64,000 nucleotides of DNA from Azolla caroliniana (lineage: Eukaryota; Plantae; Polypodiophyta). The notes below the pieces were generated by a model that was given only the letters and a program-made list of their open reading frames with translations, had not been told where the DNA came from and made no database searches. A program made the position numbers and the translations under genes. How positions within the stretch are numbered: the first letter of the stretch is position 1; each line of letters begins with the position of its first letter. This document shows positions 23,597 through 34,029 of this stretch, piece after piece. The DNA lies in the NCBI GenBank assembly GCA_043228905.1, contig JBHGNT010000014.1, forward strand, positions 1,550,001 to 1,614,000, read 5' to 3'.

Positions 23597-26500
23597 GCAG
23601 TTACGCACCCAAATCTTGCACCAACAAGAATGACAACACGCACACTAAGTTTTCCTTAAAAGTCATATTTATATTAATATGACTTTTCGGCTATTTACAA
23701 ATATAGCCCCAATGGACTCTCAGAAACATATTTACGAATATGTCCCTTCATCCGGTGAGCACTCCTCACCGGGCTTGCATCATCCGGCTCTTGCCGGGCA
23801 CTCATCATCCGGTTCTCACCGGGCCTTCACCATCCGGCTCTTGCCGGGCACTCGTCATCCGGTTCTCACCGGGTCTTCACCATCCGTCTCTTGTTGGGCA
23901 CTTATCATCCGGTTCTCACCAGGTTTTCCTTGCTGGGTACTCCACATCCGGTTCTCACCGGGTCTTCTCACTTCCCATCCAGAGGGACCTGTTTCCTAAC
24001 AAACTCCCCCTTCACTCCGGCATGGGATGTCTTACTAGTCCGATCCGCTTCCGACATGCATCCAACTTGTCGGGTATCAGCACTTTGGTCAGCATATCTG
24101 ACTTGTTCTCGGCCGTGTGGATTTTCATCAACGCGAACTCTCGATCTTCTACTCGCTCCCAGATCTAGTGATACCTACGCTGGATGTGCTTCGTCCTGGA
24201 ATGGTACGCTGCATTCTTAGCAAGGTGGATGGCACTTTGACTGTCGCAATAGAGCCGGTATTCATCTTGCCGGATACCGAGCTCACCGATGAAGTCCTTC
24301 ATACATATTATTTCCTTGTCGGCTTCCATAGCCGCCATGTAATCCGCCTCCGTGGTTGACAACGCAACCGTCTTCTGCGGCCTCGACAGCTACGAAACAA
24401 CTCCCCCTCCATATGTCATTACATACCCGGATGTAGACCGGCTAGTATCCACATCAGCCGACATGTCCGAATTGGTAAAACCGTCAAGTCGAGGTTTACA
24501 GGAGCCGAATCAGAGACACATATTCAAAGTGCCCTTCAAGTACTAGAGTATCCATTTGACTGCGTTCCAGTGCTCCTTGCCGGGATTGCTCATAAACCGG
24601 CTCACCACTCCGACTGCGTATCCTATCTCCGGTCAGGTACACACCATTGCGTACATTAAGCTCCCGACGGAAGAGGCATATGGAACCTTCATCATATCCG
24701 CCTTCTCTGCTTTCGACTTCGGGCTTTGTTTATCGGATAATCTGCAGTTTGCCGGGAGTGTCGATCTGACCGGTTTCGCTTCTAACATGTTGAACCGCTC
24801 AAGCACCTTTGTCACGTATTTCTCCTGTGACAACCACAATTGCTTCTTTGACCGGTCCCGGATGATGTGCATCCCCAACATCTGTCTTGCCGGACCCAAG
24901 TCTTTCATTGCGAAAGTTCGGTTGAGAGCCTTCTTCAGCATCCGTATTTTGGCTTGGTCCCGTCCGACAATCAACATGTCGTCCACGTACAAGCGTATCA
25001 GGAAGTCGCCTCCTTCGAACTTCTTCACAAACACACAGTGATCGGCCTGCGTCTTGTGGTACCCTTGATCGGTCATGAAGGAGTCGAACTTCCGATACCA
25101 TTGTAAGGGAGCATGCTTCAGTCCGTACAGGCTCTTCTTCAACCGGCAAACCAGGTGCTCCTTCCCTTTCTCCACGAATCCTTCCGCACAGGAGCGTAGG
25201 AACCGGCTCTTCTCGAATGTTGTCCATAGAAGATCCTAGGCGGGTAGATTTAGTGGGTAGGAAGTAAAGGGGAAACGGCTCCTTCCTTGCCTATAAAAAG
25301 GAGGGAGACGAGAAGGGGGAGGGGATTGCGGAGAGTCGAGGACGAAGTGCTGCCGGTTTGCATGCGAAGGCTTCTCTCTCTCTCTCTCTGGTTTGCAAAC
25401 TCCATAGCTTCCTTCTGTGCAGGTTTCGGGAGGCTCGCGCTGCTCTGAGGAATGCCCGAGTGCTTCCGCCAGCACCTCCAACCTGCTCCTGTCTTTCTGT
25501 GCGTTTACGAACAGGCATCGGCATCTGTTCGCCGGCCTGTTCGGTTGTAACCGACTTCGTGTTTTGTTGCTTCCGTGTTCTTGTTGTTGTCTTTGTTAAT
25601 ACATACATACATTCGTGTCTCTCTGTGTCGCTGTCCCACTCGCGTCTTTGTGTCGAAGGGCCGTGTCCCTGTGAATCTACGCTCGCACGTGGTGGGTCTC
25701 TTGTCCTTTCTCTCTTTCTCTTCGGTACAGGACCCCTGAGGTCCCGCCTCATTCCACGCATCCGCGAGGAAAACCTCGACAAGCCAGGTGCTTCTTCAAC
25801 CGGCAAACCAGGTGCTCCTTCCCTTTCTCCACGAATCCTTCCGGTTGCTGCATGTAGATCTCCTCTTCGAGGTCATCGTGAAGGAATGACGTCTTCACAT
25901 CTAGTTGCTCTACCTCGAGGTCCATGCTTGCCGCTATGCTCAGCACCGTCCGGATGGAGGTCATCTTTACTACCAGGGCAAATATCTCGTCGAAGTCCAC
26001 GCCCTTCTTCTGCTGGAACCCCTTCACCACAAACCTGGCTTTGTATCTCGGGGGGTTGTCGGCATCTCCCGGTTTCAACTTGTACACCCACTTGTTTCGG
26101 AGTGCTCGCTTTCCTTTCGGCAACTCCACCAATTCGTACGTATGGTTCTCATGCAAGGAATCCATCCCATCCTGCATGGCAGTTAACCATTTGCGGCTAT
26201 GGGCGTCACTTTTAGCTTCCTCGAAGCTTTCTGGCTCCCCCTCATCGGTCAGCAGCACATGCTCTGCATCCGGAAATCTTCGGGGGGGCCTTCTCTCTCT
26301 GAGAGAATATCTCCGTCTTTGACCTTCGGCAACCGGCTCCACTATTTGTTCTTCATCCGAATCCAATTCGGGGTCTTGGCCGGTTCTGATTTCACCTATT
26401 CCTTCTTCTTCGGCCTGTCTTGTCTCCTTACCGTCATCGGCCGGTTCATCAAGTGCTAACCGGTCTCTTGCCGGTTGGGTCTGCTCATCGTAGAATCGAT

Positions 26501-28852
26501 CCTTACCGGTCGACTCGAAGTTCATTATCTTCTTCTTGTCCTCCATGAAGATAATATCTCGACTCCGGAATACCTTCTTGTCGGCCAGGTCCCGCACTCG
26601 GTAGTCGAACTCATCGTCATCGTAACTGAGGAATATGCATGGCCGGGTCTTTGGATCCAACTTTCCTCTCCGGTCCTTAGCAACATGCACATGCACGTAC
26701 GCGAGACACCCGAATACCTTTAGATGCCGGTAGGACACTTCCTTACCGGTCCAGACTCTCTGTGGTGTGTCTCCATTCAAGGGTACTAAGCGTGATCTGT
26801 TTATCACATATGTCGTCGTCGACAGTGCCTCAGCGCAAAACTTCTTGGGTAATTTTGAATGCGCCAGCATACTCCGGACCCTCTTAATTATGGTCTGGTT
26901 CATCCTCTTGGCCAACCCGTTTAGTTCCAGTGTCTTCGGCACGGTAAATTCGAGCCGGATTCCCTTCGAGCGGCAGTACTCCTCGAACTGCCCCCGGTAT
27001 TCTCCTCTGTTATCTGCTCGAACCACCTTCAGCTTCCGGCCGGTTTCTCTTTCCACTCTCGCATGGAGCTCTTTGAAGACGGATAGCACCTGATCCTTCG
27101 TCTTCAGCGGTGTGGCCCAGAGCTTCCGGTTGTGGTCATCTATGAACGTCACGAAGTACTGCGAACCGGCATGTGACTTCGTGTCCACTTGACACACATC
27201 AGTATGCACCAACTCCAGTGGTGCATTACGTCTCATCGGTGGCCTTGGTCGGAAGGAGGTCCGGTTTTGCTTACCGGCCAGACAATCAGTGCACTTCTCC
27301 AAGTGCACGTTCTTCACTGGAATGAGGTTGTCGTCTACAAGCCTCTTCATCCCCTTCTCGCTCATGTGACATAGCCTCTTGTGCCATAGCTCACCGGCAG
27401 TGTTGGCTGCCACATTCACTTCCTCCGGACATAACCGGGCATTCATCAGGTACAGTGTGTTGACCTTCTGGGCCCCAGCCACAATCAGGCTCCCTTTGTT
27501 GAACTTCATAACACCGTTCCGAATGTTATCCGTGTAGCCTTCATCATCTAGCCAACCGGCTGATATCAGGTTCAATCGAACCTCCGTAACGTGTCGGACA
27601 TCCTTCAGCAGTAGCTTGCATCCGGTTGGTGTTGTCAACCACACGTCTCCTATGCCGACAATTCGGCATGTACCTTCATTCCCCATCCGGACACAACCGT
27701 GATCACCGGCTGAGTAGGATGAGAAGCATTTCCGGTCCGGGGTAAAGTGGAACGACGCTCCGGAGTCGACCACCCAAGTCATCTCATCGCCGGCAAGGTT
27801 CAACTCACTCTCCTTAGTGATGAGCATCAACTCTTCTTCACTTGCCGCGATTGCAGTCGTTCCCTTCCGGTCCGGCCCCCTCCGGTCTTTACTGTTCCGG
27901 TCCGGTGTCCGCTTCGAATCGGTACCGTCGGTTTCCTTGTCTTTTCGGAAGTGCCGACAGTTCTTTTGGAAGTGTCTCGGCTTGCTGCAATAGAAGCAAG
28001 TAGGCCTTCCCCTTGACTTTGATCATGTCACCGACCTTTCCCGGTTCTGGGGACTACGGTTCCTTTGTATTCCGTGTTCCGATTCGGTAAGGAGCGCTTT
28101 GGAGTCGGAGCTCGTATCCTTATCTTTCTGACAGGCCTCCTCATCTAGCAAGCTCGACTTCACTCTTGCTAGGGATAACCGTTTCCCTTCCGGCCCGGCG
28201 TTGCCCAAAGTGACAACCAACGTCTCCCAGCTATCTAGGAGGGAACCGAGCAGGAGTAGTGCTAGTACCTCATCGGCGAGAGGTACTTCCAATGATGTAG
28301 CCTGGTGGATCAGCCCCTGGAAGGCATTCATGTGCTCCGCCATGCTGGAGCCATCTTGGTACCGGAGTCTTACTAGCTTCCGAAATACCGAAACCTGATT
28401 AACGGCGTTTTTGTTCTGAAACATAATGCTGATCTTCTCCTAGAGCTCATGAGCCTTGCTCTCTTCATTGAAGTTGTTGTATAGACTCATGTCGATGAAG
28501 CACCGTATGTACGTTGTTGTCTTCATGTGCATCACCTCCCATATCGTGGCATCGATTTTGTCCGGTCTCTTGTCCCCGAACTGAACCGGCAACCAAAGGT
28601 CTTTAACCACGAGCATGTCCCTCATCTTCGACTTCCACACTGCGTAATTGGAGCCGATGAGCTTGAACATGCCTCCCAACGATTCATCCATTTTCTATGT
28701 CGTTTCGCTCTGATACCACTTTGACAGGAATACACGCACCCGATGAACAACGCTCGGCCACAACCGAGTCTAGGATCAAACATAGAAAACGGGTAATGTA
28801 CACACGACACAGTGAAGAGAAGAGTACACAGGATGTTAATGTGGAAAACCCT
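23520..28852 (-). mobile_element. Copia element E (partial LTRs at both ends, gag-pol largely present)
   Basis: Partial 3' LTR 23520-24001 with PPT aactccccct; RNaseH/RT 24002-25186; 693-aa PR-IN-RT ORF 25749-27830 (WVVDSGAS, VHTDVC, QLDVKTSFLH); gag 27900-28691; PBS gctctgatacca 28707-28718; 5' LTR remnant 28722-28852. Confidence 0.9.
25187..25790 (+). mobile_element. LTR-like fragment (TATA-R-U5) inserted into Copia E RT
   Basis: Contains cctataaaag and CT-rich tracts; LTR-type end cgaggaaaacctcgaca at 25781; flanked by a 53-bp direct duplication of the RT sequence. Confidence 0.6.
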
Positions 28853-31497
28853 GTTTTCTAAAATTCTACAATGCGTAGATGGATTCAAGAGGTGTGGATG
28901 AAGCTATGAGGCTAGAGTACTTTTGTCGGGTCGTGTCTCAACTGATCTTCAAAGATGTAAAAGAGCTTCTAGAAGCTCATAATTTGTGGGCGACTTTTGA
29001 GAAGGCTCTATAGGAGGAATATGGCCATGAGAGACTGAAGGGACGAGATCGACGCAACTTCGACCAATGGGTGACATCGGCAAAGACCCACCAAGGCGCG
29101 ACACAAGCAATCGTAGACTTCAAGTGTCATTTTTCTCAACTCTCAGAGTGGGAACAAAGATTGGTGGGGGTTGATAAGGTCCTTATGTTCGTGAAGTCAA
29201 TCGATCAAATGGAAAGGATGGCCATCGGCCTCAAACTCGAAGAAGATGATGGTACAAATGGCCTCATCGAGGATTGGAGAAAAGTGGAAAGTGTATGCCG
29301 ACTACACGATAAGGGGCGAGCAAGAATATCGACGACAACAAGACAGCCCATGGGGGACGATCGAAGAGGGACGAGATGCAGCAAAGTGCCACCAACAAAA
29401 GAAATGAAGCTTAAAAGGGAGACAAAACCAAGGCGAATGGTGATCGAGGAAGAAGAGACCTCCCAACAAATGCGGGTTAATGAACTGGCCGATACAAAGG
29501 CTCAGGCTCGGTATGACGGTACTGAGAGAGAAGGTGAGAAACAAGTCACCTTCTTGTCTTACGAAGAAACGACGGCCAAGGAGGAGGCCGATGACTCGAG
29601 GACGGCGAACGCCACTTTGAGGGAGGATAAATGTTTCGGAACACACATTGTGTATGAAACATCGGGTGATGAAGGTGCAACCATGAGAAAATCTTGCATG
29701 ATCGAGGGAGATAAAGTGTTTGAGTCCGACGTGATTGAGGAGGTAGCCATGACAAACGACATCGAGTCAACGGCGGATAGCCATGTTGAGACTTTCTCCA
29801 CACTTGTTCCAGAGACTTCGGCGGTTGCACCCATGTGCCAACGTGAGACCGGAGAGACGGAAGGTGGTGACGGGAAGACGAAGGTCCAACACAAGGAGGA
29901 AGAAGATCAAGGACGAAAGGATATCCCCACACCTATTCTAGAGACTTCGGCAATTGTGCATGTGCGCCAACGTGAGACCAGAGAGACGGAATGTGTCAAC
30001 GGAAAAGCGGAGGACCGGAAGGGCGATGAGGAAGACAAGGTAAATGTGCATGAATGAAGGGATTCCTTCACACTAGTTTCGGAGACTTCAGTAGTCGAGA
30101 CCGTGTGTCGACATAAGACCGAAGAGAAAGGAGGTGGCGGAGGGAGACAATATGGCTCGAGGCGAGTATATACAGAGGGAAGGATGTGGCCGATGAGGAG
30201 GCCAAGGATGAAGCCGCGGTTGAGTTCGATGGAGAGGCGGCATGCGGGAAAGAAGGAAGAGTCGAGAACCGGTCGAATTGGAAGACAATCCGATCGGGAT
30301 TCCGGCCCGAACGAAGGAAGATCCACATGGGAGCTGATCGACCGGGGCCGACTCGACCGAAACCTGATTCGGCGGAAATCGATCGGAAGATCCCAATCCA
30401 AAAGGGGGCCGACCCGGACAGAATCAATCGGTCGAGCCTGACTCGGCAAAATGCGAATGCAGACGAAGGCCAACCAAGCCGAGAAGCAATCGGCGGAGAT
30501 CGATCCGGACAAGGGCAAACCCAGCCTAATCGGAGATCAACACGAACAATCTACAACACCCAGTTGAAGACGGTGAGCGCGAGGAGTGGCCCGGAGTCCA
30601 ATCAAAGGACACGCGCGATGGATGAAGGAAGAGCGGTCGGATCAACGACATCATTCGGTAGATCTACTACAACCGACCAGGGAAGAAGGTGTGAGCACCG
30701 GATATGGTGGATCAGGTGGCTACGGTGGTTCGGTTGGAAAGATTGGGTATACTCGAAGTGGAAGACGAAGTCAGACAAGGTCGACAAGCATGCGGAGGAA
30801 CTCGGTTGATCACCGTTGCCAAAGATCTCACCTCTTCACCTTTCTCGGCACATACCGGAGGATGTGCGGGTTTGGTGGGGGTGGATGTCGTGACGATTTT
30901 TGGCTACAGTGTGAAACCGAGTGAGATGAATAAACCAAGGATGTGCAACATTGCACATGCACTTAGAAAATAAGCCTAAGGCCTAGTGGCACTTGAGTTC
31001 ATACAGAGGGGTGCAAGCAAGGTTTGAACCTTGCACCTCTAAGATACAAGATGTTTGCCTTACCACTTGGACAACTATCATAGTGTAGAATTTATGTATT
31101 TCCTTTTCATATACAAATTATAGAGAAAACAACAATAGAAAACCATGTGCACAAAACCATGGTTCTAAATCCATGGTTTGTGCATAACATAAGCAAAACC
31201 ATGTGCACAAAACCATGGTTTTAGCCCATGGTTTTGTGCATGTCACAAGCATGGAAAGACCTATAAAAGCCTCTAGTTGGGCTTGTGTAAGGGGGGCTCA
31301 ATATGTGATATCACCAACACCACTATCATCAATATAATTATCTTTATCTTCTTCATATCTTTCTTCTTCTCAAGTGAACAAATTTCATCCAATCTTACAT
31401 TGATCGTCATCTCTTCGATAATTCCGTGAACGTCCTCCCTAGTCCAAGACCCCGGTGGTCGCTCGAGTAGCACACGCACGCGCGAATCTTCGCGACA
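28853..31497 (+). mobile_element. 5'-truncated gag-only (non-autonomous) LTR retroelement with 3' LTR 30886-31497
   Basis: The frame from 28855 reads FLKFYNA*MDSRGVDEAMRLEYF..LWATFEKAL*EEY (capsid-like W..F..AL.EEY) into ORF 29071-30057, followed by charged low-complexity sequence with no pol motifs. PPT-like tggtgggggtgga at 30873-30885; LTR termini tgtcgtgacgatt / aatcttcgcgaca; TATA near 31261. Confidence 0.7.
31012..31083 (-). promoter_or_regulatory. tRNA-like Pol III A/B-box module, antisense, within U3 of the gag-only element LTR
   Basis: Minus strand reads TTGTCCAAGTGGTAAGGC...AGGTGCAAGGTTCAAACCTTGC. G18G19, G53T54T55C56 and A58 fall at canonical tRNA positions, and a T-arm hairpin is present. 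Confidence 0.6.
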
Positions 31498-33744
31498 ACG
31501 TGGAGCTCCTTGAAGACGGATAACACCTGATCCTTCGTCTTCAACAGTGTGGCCCACAACTTCCGGCTGTGGTCATCTATGAACGTCACGAAGTACTGTG
31601 ATCCGGCATGTGACTTTGTGTCCACTTCACCCACATCGGTATGCACCAGTTCCAGTGGTGCATTACATCTCATCGGTGGCCTTGATCGGAAGGAGGTCCG
31701 GTTTTGCTAACCGGCCAGGCAATCGGTGCACCTCTCAAGATACATGTCCTTCACTGGAATTAGGTTGTCATCGACAAGCCTCTTATCCCCTTCATGCTCA
31801 TGTGACACAGTCTCTTGTGCCACAGCTCATCGGCAGTGTCAGATGCAACGTTCACATCTTCCCGGCATAACTGGGCATTCATTAGGTACAATGTGTTGAC
31901 TTTCCGGGCCCGAGCCACTATCAGGCTCCCTTTGATGAACTTCATGACTCCGTTCCAGATGCTACCCGTGTAGCCTTCATCATCTAGCCGACCAGCTGAA
32001 ATCAGGTTCAGTCGAACCTCAAGAACGTGTCGGACATCCTTTAACAGCAGCTTGCATCCGGTTGGTGTTGTCAACCACATGTCTCCTATGCCAACAATTT
32101 GGCATGTACCTTCATTCCCCATCCGGACACAACCATGCTCACCGGTTGTGTAGGATGAGAAGCATTTCCGGTCTGGGGTAAGGTGGAACGACGCTCTGGA
32201 ATCAACAACCCACGTTGTCTCGTCGCCGGCAAGGTTCAATTCACTCTCCTCGATGATGAGCATCAACTCCTCTTCACTTGCAACGACGCTCCGGAATCGA
32301 CAACCCACGTTGTCTCATCGCCAGCAAGGTTCAATTCACCCTCCTCGATGATGAGCATCAACAGCAGCTTGCATCCAGTTGGTGTTGTCAACCACATGTC
32401 TCCTATGCCAACAATTCGGCATGTACCTTCATTCCCCATCCGGACACAGCCATGCTCACCGGTTGTGTAGGATGAGAAGCATTTCCGGTATGGGGTAAGG
32501 TGGAACGACGCTCCAGAATCGACAACCCACGTTGTCTTGTCGCCGGCAAGGTTCAATTCACTCTCCTCGATGATGAGCATCAACTCCTCTTCACTTGCCG
32601 TGATTGTCGTCGTTCCCTTCCGGTCCAGTGACCGCTTCGAATCGGTACTATCGGTTTCCTTTTCTTTTTGGAAATGCCAACAGTTCTTCTAGAAGTGCCC
32701 CGGCTTGCCGCAATAGAAGCAAGTGGGCCTCCCCCTTGACTTTGACCATGTCCCCGACTTTTCCTGGTTCTGGGGACTCCAATTCCTTTGTCTTCCGCGT
32801 TCCGATTCGATATGGAGTGCTTTGGAGTCGGAGCTCGTATCCTTGTCTTTCCGACGCGCCTCCTCATCTAGCAAGCTCGACTTGACTCTTGCTAGGGATA
32901 AATGTTTTCCTTCCGGCCCGGCATTGCCCAAAGTGACAACTAACGTCTCCCAGCTATCCTGGAGGGAACCGAGCAAGAGTAGATCAAGTACCTCATCGGC
33001 GAGAGGTACTTCCAACGAGGTTGCCTGGGGAATCAGCCCCTAGAAGGCATTCATGTGCTCCGCCATACTGGAGCCATCTTGGTACCGGAGCCTCATTAGG
33101 TTCCGAAATACCGAAACCCGATTAACATCATTTTTATTGTGAAACATAATGTTGATCTTCTCCCAGAGCTCATGAGCCTTACTCTCCTCATTAAAGTTGT
33201 TGTAAAGGCTCATGTCGATGAAGCATCGTATGTACACCGTTGTCTTCATGTGCATCATCTCCCATATCGTGGCATCGATCTTGTCCGGTCTCTTGTCCCC
33301 GAACTGAACCGGCAACCAAAGATCTTTAACCATGAGCATGTCCCTCATCTTTGACTTCCACACTGAGTAGTTGGAGCCGGTGAGCTTGAATATGCCTCCC
33401 AACGAATCTTCCATTTTTTTGTGTCATTTCGTTGTGATACCAGATTGACGCGGAATATGTGTGTGCAGAATATATCTCAGCCACAACTGAGACTTCAATC
33501 ACTTCGTTAGAATCACAACCACAGAAGAAATGGGCAAAGAAGGTAAATGCACGTATACACAAACAATATGAGAGAGAGAAAATACACAGTATGTTGACGT
33601 GGAAAACCCTGAGAGGGAAAAACCATGGGACCCCATAGACTCCAAACGATCACTATGTCAAAGGAATACAATAGGGAGCACAGAGGCAACAACCTCTTGC
33701 TCTCAACCATCGCTTGGCGGCGGTTACAACAAAGTCAATCTGTA

Positions 33745-33808
<64 letters not shown>

Positions 33809-34029
33809 ACGCTCTGTACAGTAGTTACACCAATAACTCTATACAAAATAATGACCAACAACTATAATGTTTGCCCTAGGTCATATTTATACTAATATGA
33901 TTTTCGGGCTATTTACAAATATAGCTCCAGTGGGCTCTCTGGAACATATTTACATATATGTCCCTTCATCCGGTGAGAGGTTCTCACCGGGCCTTCATCA
34001 TCCCATCCAAAGGGACCGAAATCCTAACA
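31498..34029 (-). mobile_element. Copia fragment F (family of E): 5' LTR 33446-34029, PBS, gag, duplicated protease, start of integrase
   Basis: PBS tgtgatacca 33433-33442; gag MEDSLGGIFKLTGSNY; knuckle CFYCGKPGHF; WVVDSG motif present three times; LTR ends cctaaca. Confidence 0.88.

Noticed and set aside
25291-26215. ORFs 25358-26215 (+) and 25291-25806 (-) as genes
   Set aside because: They run across an LTR fragment and Copia pol (one antisense to it); low complexity, no domain motifs.
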